This document shows positions 1 through 8,618 of a stretch of 64,000 nt of DNA, piece by piece (the stretch's first letter is position 1; each line of letters starts with the position of its first letter). The notes under the pieces are model-generated. The model did no database searches, had not been told where the DNA came from, and saw only the letters and a program-made list of their open reading frames with translations. This DNA is from Candidatus Chisholmbacteria bacterium RIFCSPHIGHO2_01_FULL_52_32 (GTDB lineage Bacteria > Patescibacteriota > Microgenomatia > UBA1400 > Chisholmbacteraceae): the NCBI GenBank assembly GCA_001816585.1, contig MHCJ01000007.1, forward strand, positions 2,062-66,061. The letters are read 5' to 3'. The translations under genes were made by a program, and so were the position numbers.

Positions 1-44
1 CGAAGGCGGTTTTGAAGATTAGAGGTATGGGCCGTTGTTCTCAT
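1..44 (-). CDS. possible 5' end of a gene running off the window (MRTTAHTSNLQNRL...), weakly reminiscent of CsoR/RcnR N-termini
   Basis: ATG at 44 on the minus strand, open to the edge, same strand as the two upstream genes; only 14 codons visible. Confidence 0.2.
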   Translation of the reverse strand, partial: MRTTAHTSNLQNRL

Positions 45-145
45 GGATGTCGGAAAGATCTCCTTTAAGGGTGCGTTGCACCCTCAACGTCCAGTATCCT
101 AACAAAGCACTGAGGCAAAGTCAAGCCGGAAAACCATAAAGACTG

Positions 146-628
146 TTACTTCTTCTCTTTTTTGCCCGAAGCTTCGCTCGCCTTATCCGAAGGCAACTCA
201 ATCTTTGGATTTTCAACCGGAATCGGCCCCCGAATCGCCATTTCAAGCGATTGATAGGCCAACACGAAGGCAGAAAGAAACACCAGGATCATGACAAACT
301 CCAAAACACTTCGGAGTCCTCCCACATAGAGAATCCCCAGATTCTCAAGCCCATCAACCACCTTCACCAAGGCCAATACGCTCATCCCGGCGGCAATCAG
401 CTTCCAAACATGCTCAAGCTTTCCGCCCCGCATCAGGGAAGCTACCTTAATGGCAAACCAGGCCACGATCACCGGCAGAATGAGGCCGACGTCATTGACG
501 AGTTTGATATCAAACTTCTGGAATATTTGGGACGAGAACAGGACATCCTGAGGAGGTTCCGAGGCAAAAACAGGTGAAACCATCCACAAGAACGAACCGG
601 AAAGCAGTAGTCGAACAATCCGCCTCAT
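146..628 (-). CDS. hypothetical membrane protein (signal-like N-terminus, about 3 TM helices)
   Basis: 160-aa ORF with hydrophobic segments; start overlaps the stop of 625..945. Confidence 0.75.
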   Translation of the reverse strand: MRRIVRLLLSGSFLWMVSPVFASEPPQDVLFSSQIFQKFDIKLVNDVGLILPVIVAWFAIKVASLMRGGKLEHVWKLIAAGMSVLALVKVVDGLENLGILYVGGLRSVLEFVMILVFLSAFVLAYQSLEMAIRGPIPVENPKIELPSDKASEASGKKEKK

Positions 629-945
629 GTTTCCCCCTTTCCGGCCGATGCCGCCGCATTCGCCACGACTTCAGCGACAGTCCCCGGATGTTTTGCGAGT
701 AGCGGCTCGATCGTTTTGCGGACAATCAGTCCCGAGAGATTCACGTACCCATTGATGAGGGACTGTAAAAGATCCTTTGCTTCTCCGCTGAAATCAACTA
801 CTTTCCCCTCTTCAGAAAACTTCAGTCCTTCAACCTTCTTGGCGATAATCACGGAAATATCCGGTCCTAACACAACCACCTGTCGCGCGATGATCTCATT
901 AAACAGGGAAATATATTCATCCTTTGACGATTGTCCGTCCGGCAT
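625..945 (-). CDS. small conserved-looking hypothetical protein
   Basis: 106-aa ORF, GAGG upstream, translationally coupled to the next gene. Confidence 0.75.
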   Translation of the reverse strand: MPDGQSSKDEYISLFNEIIARQVVVLGPDISVIIAKKVEGLKFSEEGKVVDFSGEAKDLLQSLINGYVNLSGLIVRKTIEPLLAKHPGTVAEVVANAAASAGKGET

Positions 946-1044
946 AGTTGACCTCTATGATCAACGATAACGGCTATACGGTGTTGTGTCAAGAAGGATA
1001 ATTACAACCGAAAGAATACGTTTTACTCGAGGAGTTCCAAACTG

Positions 1045-1145
1045 TGGGTGAGGGAGGGATCGAACCCCGCACAGCTCCTGCCTGAGCTACGGCTTTCAAC
1101 CTGTACTCTCAGGCGCGTCGTCTACGGGGCAAGCCTTCGACCTCT
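1045..1145 (-). pseudogene. tRNA 3' fragment (variable loop, T arm, acceptor CTCACCCA, Val-like) split by a hairpin insertion
   Basis: minus strand reads AGAGGTCGAAGG-[~69-nt insert]-TTCGATCCCTCCCTCACCCA; no D arm, anticodon arm or GGGTGAG 5' strand nearby. Confidence 0.6.
1065..1129. repeat. hairpin element family A, copy 1
   Basis: shares ctcctgcctga..tacggc...cctgtactctcaggc.cgtcgt.tacg with 2743-2810 and 8619-8685. Confidence 0.85.
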
Positions 1146-1166
1146 GAATACAATTTTTGAGCTTTG

Positions 1167-1238
1167 TGGGTAGCCGTGGAATCGAACCACGCACCTCTTA
1201 CTTATCAGGTAAGCGTTCTGCCGATGAACTAGCTACCC
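1167..1238 (-). tRNA. tRNA-Ile(GAT)
   Basis: GGGTAGC/GCTACCC acceptor stem, anticodon loop CTGATAA, GGTTCGATTCC T arm; CCA not encoded. Confidence 0.95.
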
Positions 1239-1241
1239 TTT

Positions 1242-1448
1242 TTATGTTTCAGCTCCCTCTACACCCGTCGCTCCCCGGAGAACATCATCGACGTGCTCAG
1301 GCTTACCGGCAGTCGCTGCTTTGGTCGCCTCAACCCCCACAGCTCTTACCGCCTCAGGATGCTCGGCGATGACTCGACCCAAATGTTCCCGGAGCTCCTT
1401 TCCCGATAACTCCGCTACCGATGTTCCCGGCTTTGTTTCTGCCATCAT
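1242..1448 (-). CDS. small hypothetical protein
   Basis: 68-aa ORF with AAGGAGG Shine-Dalgarno; stop 3 nt upstream of tRNA-Ile. Confidence 0.6.
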   Translation of the reverse strand: MMAETKPGTSVAELSGKELREHLGRVIAEHPEAVRAVGVEATKAATAGKPEHVDDVLRGATGVEGAET

Positions 1449-1646
1449 ACCTCCTTAACAGAACTCCCCTATCCTACCATAGACTTCTGAAAAAATCACA
1501 TCATGGCAAAACTAAAACCCTAAGATTTACGTTTTGAGTTTGAACGGATGCTTACACAGCAAGTATGTATTTTTCCCAGGAAATCATATGGGCTGATGCA
1601 TAATATTACCTACTACACCAATCTTTTCTCATCTCTGGCACTTACC

Positions 1647-1675
1647 TTGACAATGTGCTAATCACGTGGTATAGT
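1647..1675 (+). promoter_or_regulatory. sigma70 promoter
   Basis: TTGACA-17 bp-TATAGT. Confidence 0.8.
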
Positions 1676-1694
1676 ATCCCCATTCGGACAGGAG

Positions 1695-1724
1695 AATATT
1701 AGCCCCAAAGGCTAATATTTTTTT
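1695..1724 (+). terminator. intrinsic terminator/attenuator just downstream of the promoter
   Basis: aatattagcc-ccaaa-ggctaatatt followed by a T run. Confidence 0.6.
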
Positions 1725-1774
1725 AAGGCCTGAGCATTGAAAAATAAAATCTGATTGATCGCTCAAAAGAAAAA

Positions 1775-1955
1775 CCCTTTTGAACGCAGCTACTCGAGAA
1801 TGAAGTGAGCGAATACCACTAAGATGTCATCGACTGTTCGACGAAGGGTTTATCCCGAGGAGTTTGATGACATGGAATGAGCGAACGAGTTCCCGAGAGA
1901 CCGTTCACTGGGGCGTCATTCTTTGGTTACTTTCTTGGATGAGCAAGAAAGTAAC
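1775..1955. repeat. structured repeat family B, copy 1
   Basis: cccttttgaacg...cgttcactgggg long stem plus gttactttcttg-gatgag-caagaaagtaac hairpin; homologous to 2217-2417 and 58813-58998. Confidence 0.8.
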
Positions 1956-2216
1956 AATTTCTCCTGGGTTCCACTCTGGTGGGAGGCTGCGAGCGCCTTT
2001 TTTTTAATTAGGTTCGTCCTTCCAGCGTTCCGCCAGAGTCGAGTCCAGGATGAAATACCCGGACGAAGACCCCGTAGCCATAGGAACTATGTGGTACCGG
2101 GGTTGAGTCCAGGAAAAATAAAAAACGCTTTAGAGGAGCAATCACGAAGGGCTTTGATACGCCGTGCCTCTAAAGCACGGCGTTTTAGTTGTCCGAAGTA
2201 AATTGCTCTTTTAAAA

Positions 2217-2417
2217 CCTTTTGAAGCCGCCGCCGCCGCGACTCAAAGATGAAACGAGTGGGAAACCAAAACTGACCGAAGGGAATTTTGGAGGGAAATG
2301 AAATGAACCTGACTGAAAGTCAAGATCTCCCACCGTCGAATCTGAAGAATCGCCGGCAAGGCTTCACTAGGGGGCCATTCTTTTGGATACTTTTCTTGGG
2401 CAAACAAGAAAAGTATC
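2217..2417. repeat. structured repeat family B, copy 2
   Basis: ccttttgaagcc...ggcttcactagg stem plus gatacttttcttg-ggcaaa-caagaaaagtatc hairpin. Confidence 0.75.
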
Positions 2418-2733
2418 AACCGCCTGGATCCCAGGCATATGTAAAAACTTATAGTAATATAATCTGGGACTCTCCCCTCTGGTGGTCCCGGGAATTATTG
2501 ACAATAAACCTTAACAATTTGACCGAAAATAGGTGTCCGGGAGCGTGGGAGAAAAGGGCCAGCCTCGACTAGACGCCAGCCTCGCATAGATACAAGTCTA
2601 GGCGGGCGAGTCTAGGCGGGAGCAAATCCTCTAAAGCGCAGGCCGAAAGACCTGAAAACCCCTTTCTCCTACACTCCCTGGCATCAGGGGAGTCCCAAGA
2701 TTGCCTTGGGAAGATCCCCAAGATGAAAGGGGT

Positions 2734-2744
2734 TGCTCTTTAAC
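2734..2744 (+). promoter_or_regulatory. boxA-like antitermination motif
   Basis: TGCTCTTTAAC; a second one, GCTCTTTGACAA, at 2845-2856; both resemble this genome's rrn boxA at 14452-14464. Confidence 0.55.
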
Positions 2745-2810
2745 CACGCTACAACTCCTGCCTGATCTACGGCCTACGGCCTGTACTCTCAGGCACGTCG
2801 TATACGTGGT
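2743..2810. repeat. hairpin element family A, copy 2
   Basis: accacg...cgtggt termini, gcctga/tcaggc inner stem. Confidence 0.85.
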
Positions 2811-3059
2811 CTGCAGAGCTCATCTCGACATATTGTCGGGATTCGCTCTTTGACAATTGAATGGCGAGGTTCCCGATGAATACATCGAGAACCGAAGTCC
2901 CGCAGCAAAACCCGAATACCGATACGGCCGAATAGGCAGTGAGCGGTAAGTCGAGTTTTTGGTGCTGGGACGAGGTTCTCTGTATCCTCGGGAATCTTCA
3001 TAAAAATGAAAATAGGCGCAATAGTGATGCAGGGAAGAGTGGAATAAAACTATCTCACT

Positions 3060-3287
3060 TTACGAGGAGTGTTGCCCGCCAGGATGGATACTTTCAAGCT
3101 TCTCAAGCCTCTCTTCATGATCGTAAACTTTTGGAGCGAAAATATCCAGACTTTCTCGAATAGCTTTCAACTGGCCCATCACATCGGAGATAGCATTCAT
3201 AATTCGACTGCTATACATCTGGAACTTTTCCTCAAGTCTTCGGTCAACGACTTGCTCGATCTGATCAACATCCTGCTCCGTAAGCAT
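3060..3287 (-). CDS. small coiled-coil hypothetical protein (75 aa)
   Basis: ORF track 3060..3386; likely start MLTEQDVDQIEQVVDRRLEEKF; heptad-like DHEERLEKLE. Confidence 0.65.
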   Translation of the reverse strand: MLTEQDVDQIEQVVDRRLEEKFQMYSSRIMNAISDVMGQLKAIRESLDIFAPKVYDHEERLEKLESIHPGGQHSS

Positions 3288-3420
3288 AACGACACAATTC
3301 AACCACATCATCCCAAAGGAGTCAACGACATTTTGGGGAAGCAATTCCCCTCCACTCTCCCCTGCATCACTCGGGGAAAAACCCACGCCCGTAAAGGGCT
3401 AGAGAAAAGGAGAAGGGACG

Positions 3421-3879
3421 ATGAAGTCGTTGAGGAAAGTGATCTTGCCCGCCGTAGTAGCAACTGCTATCTGTGTCCTCTTGTCGGAGGTATTGTTCCG
3501 GCTGCTGACTGATGCGCCGACCGCAAGTCCGCTCCGCTGGCTCGTGACTGACATGCAGCGCTTCACCGTGCTGATCTCTGTTCTACTTACTGCAGCCGTG
3601 CTGCTTCGACGGGACGATCGAGCACCTGAAGAAGTCCTGATGAGCGGATTCAGATTCACCGTCAAGGTCTACTGGCTGTACATCCGGATCGTCGTCGCGA
3701 TCGTGAGCACCGCCGTGGTTGCATACCTGGTAGTTGGCGCTGTCGTGGGAATCTTCAATCCCACAGATATCGCGATCTACCTGGGCGTCCCGATTCTGAC
3801 AGGCTTTGCGGCAGGAATACTCCTGCTGGCAGTCAAAGCCCTCATAAGAAGGAGTAACAACCACCAGCCGTCACCCTAG
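3421..3879 (+). CDS. hypothetical 4-TM membrane protein
   Basis: 152-aa ORF, strong AGGAG RBS, four hydrophobic segments. Confidence 0.8.
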   Translation: MKSLRKVILPAVVATAICVLLSEVLFRLLTDAPTASPLRWLVTDMQRFTVLISVLLTAAVLLRRDDRAPEEVLMSGFRFTVKVYWLYIRIVVAIVSTAVVAYLVVGAVVGIFNPTDIAIYLGVPILTGFAAGILLLAVKALIRRSNNHQPSP

Positions 3880-3919
3880 AGCCACCGGGCTCAGGGCTAG
3901 AGAAAAGGAGAAAAGGATC

Positions 3920-4573
3920 ATGAACGCGGAGACTCCTGTTGAACAGCCGATCTATGATGCCATAGATAATGCGTGGGCACATGCAAGCATCTGGGGCAAG
4001 ATCGGCATGGTTCTTGGAACACTGTTGGGAATCGTCCTACTCTTCTCTTGCATCTGGTCTTGGACCGCTGCAAGAGCTGCTAGGGACATGGCAGTCTCCA
4101 GAGCCAGGGAAGAGCTCCGGCAGAGCATCGGCATGGAGGTCGATGTCTTCGGCAACCCACACCCGGCCAGGTTCAGGGTTGAGAAAAACAGTCCCTGGGA
4201 CGAGCCTGTCAGAGGAACCCTCGTTGTCCTGCTTCCAGAAGGAGCCGAAGACTTCCAGATCTTGCCGGCCCTTGAGGTATCCGACACCGATTCGGGCTTG
4301 TTTGGCCTCACGGATTTCGAGCTTGCGCTCTCGAAATGCAGCTTCTCCGTCAACTACAACGTCGACGGGGTGCAACGCGCTCGAGTCTGGAATGGGTGCC
4401 CCACATTGAAGGAGGGCATCGAGATCGACGTTCGGGAGATCGAGGCCCGCGTCGGTGAAGACGAACATGCCTGGTCGCAGCCCACCCGCTCAACGAAAGA
4501 GTACGATCTGTTCGAGGTATTCGGGCTGTTAGTAGGCCTTCTCATCGACCAGCCAGAAGAATCCGGGAAGTGA
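3920..4573 (+). CDS. hypothetical single-pass membrane protein
   Basis: 217-aa ORF, RBS, N-terminal TM helix. Confidence 0.75.
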   Translation: MNAETPVEQPIYDAIDNAWAHASIWGKIGMVLGTLLGIVLLFSCIWSWTAARAARDMAVSRAREELRQSIGMEVDVFGNPHPARFRVEKNSPWDEPVRGTLVVLLPEGAEDFQILPALEVSDTDSGLFGLTDFELALSKCSFSVNYNVDGVQRARVWNGCPTLKEGIEIDVREIEARVGEDEHAWSQPTRSTKEYDLFEVFGLLVGLLIDQPEESGK

Positions 4574-4728
4574 TCACCCGCTCCGTATCCCGCAACCGAG
4601 GAGGACAAACTGAACAATCCTGACTCGTGAAAGACGGTAGAGACAACCGAAACTCATCCGCCTCCTGATCCCGAACTCACCGACAAGGTGAGAAATCTCC
4701 CGGGCAGGAGAAAGAAGGAGAAGGTGAA

Positions 4729-7065
4729 GTGAACCATCGTAACCGTACGTGGTATCCCCGTCTGGCGCTGGTCACGGTGGCAAGCATGCTGCTTGCCGCT
4801 GTCATGCCAATCGTTCCCACCGCCGCTTCGCCGGCAACCAGGCCTCTCGCCTGGAACGTCAGCCAAACGGCCGAGTCCGTCTGCATCCCTGAAAACCAAG
4901 TGGGTATCCAGGGAAGCTTCCGAAACGATGACAACCGTTCGATGGACGTCGTCGCCACGGACGAGCAGACGGGAAAATCCGTCAACCTGGGATCGGTCGC
5001 CCCGAATGAGACTGATGAGTTCCTCATCGAAACCGGCCTGTCGGTTGTTACCGAGGGCAAGGTCAGGTTCGACCTAACCTGGACGCAGGAAGATGATGAC
5101 GATGAGGACGGCGATACGACCCCGACGGAACCGCCCCCGGCGGAAACCGAAGATCCGACGGATGAGGCATCCCCGACTCCAACGGAGACCGTCGAGCCGG
5201 CACCGGAGGAAACGCCCATCCCTGATGATGACGGCGACGATTCCGATGACACGGAAGACTCGGACGACTCCGACGACGGAGAAGAGGAAGACGACGACTC
5301 CGACGGAGATGACCAGGACGATGACGGCGAAGATTCCGAAGACTCGGATGATTCCGACTCTGAGGATCGCAAGGGCGATCACGACGATGACGACGAAGAC
5401 GAGGATGAGGGAGACGACACGGCTTCGGCCGTTTTGAACTTCTTCTCAATCGGCGCCGTCGCCAATGCGGGCGGAAACCACGACGAGAAGTTCGCAGAGT
5501 ACGACGCCCGCGACTGCCGCCAGCCCGAACCGACCCCTGAGCCGACACAAGAACCGCCTCCTTCATGCTCGATATTGGCCTCTGCCAACAACGAGCAGTG
5601 GGTGAGCGTCAGCGTCGACTACTCAGGTGGACCTACCGGCTGGTGGTGGCAACTCGAGTACAACCTCGGAACTGGGTGGACCGAATGGGCAGGTTGGCAA
5701 AATGGCAGTTCGCCGAACCCATGGACTGCGGGCCAGACGTTTGCTCCAGGAACTCTAGACCTTCGGGTCAACTTTCTGGGCATCGGAAATGGCATCTGCG
5801 GTACATCGGTCGTCGTCCCCGAATCTCCTCCACCGGAGCCAACCCCGGAGCCGACTCCCGAACCGCGGGAGAACCCGCAATGTACCGGCGCATCCTACGC
5901 CTTCACGGACATCTTCCGCGAGGTCGAGGTCACTGCTTCCTGGCAGAACGCCACTATGACCTCCGTCGTCTGGGAGGACGCCACCCACTTCGAGTGGAGC
6001 AGTCCCTACCCTGACGGAGAAGGATCAGCCAAGCACATCATCGACGAAGCGCTCGGACCCGGGCCGCACCTGATCCAGGTTGTGGTCACCGGCGCCGAAG
6101 GCACCGATCCGAGCCTTTGCTCGCCGATCGAAGTGACCTTCCCAGCGCCACCGCGACCGACCCCGGAGCCCAAGCCTGAAGTCAGCGCCGCTGTACAGTC
6201 CCTTCCGCAGCTCTCCTTCTGCCTGAAGAGCCCAGCCATCGTGCTTGAGCGCGGTGGTGAGATCGTCCGTCTGGACGTGGACCTCCAAAAGCTTGTGATC
6301 GTTCAGGAGACCATCCTATCGGCAGACCTGGAGGGCATCAGCACTCACTCGAGGATCAGCCCGGACGGCTGCTTGGTCGTTTTCAGCCACACCATGCCAG
6401 GCGCTTCCCAAGCGGAGCTCTGGACGGTCGGGCTCAACGGCCAAGGGCTGTACCAAGTCACCCGGACAGAGGATGCAAGCGAAATCCAGCCTGACTGGGC
6501 CTCCAACTGGGTGATCGACTACAGCGCCGGAGGACAGCTTTTCTCGACAGACCGTCTGTACACGTTCGTCCGCGACCTGCGCGTCGCCGGAACAAGCCCT
6601 GACGCATCGCCGGACGGCGAGTGGGTAGGCTATACCGACCCGGATGGGAACATCCGCATCGTCAGCGCCCACACCGCACGTCTGGGTGACTTTGCCACCG
6701 GCTTGACCGGCACGAATCCGACGTTTGATCCCCGCGGAACTACGCTGTTCTACACCAGTGACGCCGGCCTCGAAGCGTTTACCTTCGCAAACCGCGAAGT
6801 AACCACCATCGACCGCTCCGCCACCGACATCGCACGGGATCCATCCAATCACGCAGCCCTCCTGGTTGTCAGCGGAGAGCTAGTGGTAGTCGATCCGGTG
6901 GATTCGGCAAATGTCGTCGGCACCCTCACCGGCCCCGAAGCCGAAACCGGCTTCCGAGCCCTGGCGGTCGAAGCCCCGAACCTCTCACCCGACTGGTGGG
7001 ATCCGAATCCGTTGGTGCCCAGCACCATCGGACTCCAGCTGTTCCTCACAGGGAACGGCACCTAA
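4729..7065 (+). CDS. secreted protein: D/E-rich tract, PEPT linkers, two Cys-bracketed Ig/PKD-like domains, C-terminal TolB-like beta-propeller
   Basis: signal peptide; ISPDG, ASPDGEWV and FDPRG PD40-type repeats; GTG start after AAGGAG. Confidence 0.85.
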   Translation: MNHRNRTWYPRLALVTVASMLLAAVMPIVPTAASPATRPLAWNVSQTAESVCIPENQVGIQGSFRNDDNRSMDVVATDEQTGKSVNLGSVAPNETDEFLIETGLSVVTEGKVRFDLTWTQEDDDDEDGDTTPTEPPPAETEDPTDEASPTPTETVEPAPEETPIPDDDGDDSDDTEDSDDSDDGEEEDDDSDGDDQDDDGEDSEDSDDSDSEDRKGDHDDDDEDEDEGDDTASAVLNFFSIGAVANAGGNHDEKFAEYDARDCRQPEPTPEPTQEPPPSCSILASANNEQWVSVSVDYSGGPTGWWWQLEYNLGTGWTEWAGWQNGSSPNPWTAGQTFAPGTLDLRVNFLGIGNGICGTSVVVPESPPPEPTPEPTPEPRENPQCTGASYAFTDIFREVEVTASWQNATMTSVVWEDATHFEWSSPYPDGEGSAKHIIDEALGPGPHLIQVVVTGAEGTDPSLCSPIEVTFPAPPRPTPEPKPEVSAAVQSLPQLSFCLKSPAIVLERGGEIVRLDVDLQKLVIVQETILSADLEGISTHSRISPDGCLVVFSHTMPGASQAELWTVGLNGQGLYQVTRTEDASEIQPDWASNWVIDYSAGGQLFSTDRLYTFVRDLRVAGTSPDASPDGEWVGYTDPDGNIRIVSAHTARLGDFATGLTGTNPTFDPRGTTLFYTSDAGLEAFTFANREVTTIDRSATDIARDPSNHAALLVVSGELVVVDPVDSANVVGTLTGPEAETGFRALAVEAPNLSPDWWDPNPLVPSTIGLQLFLTGNGT

Positions 7066-7362
7066 GTAGCACTCGTCCCACGAAGGGACAACCGAACCTC
7101 GCCATTCACCTGGAAGGGACCTCGCTCCCTACACCCGCTCACTGACGTTTCGCGTCAGGAAGAATAGTCAAGTCTGACTTGACGCATTCGGCAGCGGCAG
7201 GGTCGAACCTTTTCAGGTCACAAGGGTATCTGGTAATAGATCGGGCAGAGCAATGCCGTGAAGTCACTGGACGATCGAAAGATCGCGTGTCTTCTGGATT
7301 TCATCCAGACTGACCTCCACCTTCCCCATTGCCCGCGCCCCAAATCTCTACCAGCACTACCC

Positions 7363-7482
7363 TCCTTGGTCCGTTAAACGGGCCCTGATGAGATCTCGTC
7401 AGGATTGCAATTTGCATCCGACGATCCGTAAACAGGAATCAGGACATTTACCCTGAGCCTGTCGAAGGGCAGATCGAAAGGA
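7363..7482 (+). ncRNA. putative type III hammerhead ribozyme with an expanded stem II
   Basis: stem III tcct/agga, CUU site (cut after 7367), stem I ggtccgt/acgggcc, CUGAUGA 7385-7391, stem II gatct/agatc, GAAA 7476-7479. Confidence 0.7.
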
Positions 7483-7487
7483 AATCA

Positions 7488-8312
7488 CTACCGCTCACCC
7501 ATCACCACCGGCTCCTCATACACCCGCCATTCAATTTTTTCCATGAACCGCTTAAGGTAGTCCCGCTTCCACGCCAAGCTTCGGGGGGATTTCAACACCG
7601 CCAGCGGAAAATTCACCCGCAGCGCCCGGAACCGAATGATATGCCGGGTAATCCCGGGAGGAAACTTCTCTCCGGCCCGAACCACATTCAGCACATCCTG
7701 CGGCCGAAAGGTCGGGAAAAACAACACCACGTTTTTCCCTTGATGACGGCGGAAGAACTCCGCCAGGGTCTCTTCGTCAAAGAACACATCCTCCTGATCG
7801 CGAATCACCAAATGCTTATAGAAATCAACCACCTTGTTCATCAGGGAAACCTGCGAAACAAGCTCCTCATTCCCCCACACTCTGCACGCCTTCCCGTCGG
7901 CAAACACGACCAAACAAACCGTGCGCTTCTCCAAAGACACATGCCGATCCCGACCAACTTTAAGTAAATCAACCGAAACGCCGGGCAGCCCCCGAATAAG
8001 CCTCATGAACCGTCGCTCGTCAACCGCGGACACATGGCACCAGGATTTCAACTCGACCGACCGGGGATCAAAATAATCAACCACCTGAACGATCGCGTGG
8101 GGATAGCCGAGTTCCGCAAGGGTGGTAAGCCGATTCGCCCCATCCAAGTGGAGGTACCGCGAACCAAAGGCGGCCACGATCGGCGGGTTCATGAGCACTC
8201 CGTCCTCCTCTATTTTCCGCAGTAAGTCACGCGAAATACCGGAGTCAAAGTACTCCTGGATAACAACCGAGCGTAGGGGAACAATCCGAAGATCGGGAAG
8301 AAGGTAGGACAT
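7488..8312 (-). CDS. ParB/Srx-fold protein, SbnI/SerK-like (possible free-serine kinase)
   Basis: likely start MSYLLPDLRIVP; IQE, NPPIV, LDGANR, SWCH and GEKFPPGITRH motifs recall SbnI. Confidence 0.7.
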   Translation of the reverse strand: MSYLLPDLRIVPLRSVVIQEYFDSGISRDLLRKIEEDGVLMNPPIVAAFGSRYLHLDGANRLTTLAELGYPHAIVQVVDYFDPRSVELKSWCHVSAVDERRFMRLIRGLPGVSVDLLKVGRDRHVSLEKRTVCLVVFADGKACRVWGNEELVSQVSLMNKVVDFYKHLVIRDQEDVFFDEETLAEFFRRHQGKNVVLFFPTFRPQDVLNVVRAGEKFPPGITRHIIRFRALRVNFPLAVLKSPRSLAWKRDYLKRFMEKIEWRVYEEPVVMGER

Positions 8313-8618
8313 GAAAAGAGCATAGTGTATGAAAAAACTCACCGCAATAGGAAAGAGGAAGCCATATGCCAAAAACACCCCGCCAAAAAAGTTGCAGTCG
8401 GGGTGTATAATTGGGAGTGCCTGCTCCAGAAGAAATTGAACAATACTCCTGCCCAAGTTTTCAATAAAAGATTGTTACGACAGTGATAACATCTCTAATC
8501 GACTTTTCCAAACCTGCCTGACACCTCCGAAAAAAGGGGTGTCGAACGTTTCCGTCGCGCCCAGGCGGCTGAATGTATCGTGCTCAGCCGATCGTTGGCG
8601 TGAGCGGAAAGCACTTTG

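Noticed and set aside
1680-3000. RNase P RNA, tmRNA or SRP RNA
   Set aside because: Their signature sequences were not found by eye on either strand; a cmscan run is still warranted.
1923-3163. ORFs 1923..2201, 2288..2572, 2789..3001 and 2939..3163
   Set aside because: Mostly non-ATG starts, no protein-like motifs, and they run through palindromic repeats.
4590-4665. second hammerhead-like motif (tgaaagacggt...accgaaac)
   Set aside because: It lacks CUGANGA, and no UH/stem III partner could be paired; treated as an ordinary leader hairpin.
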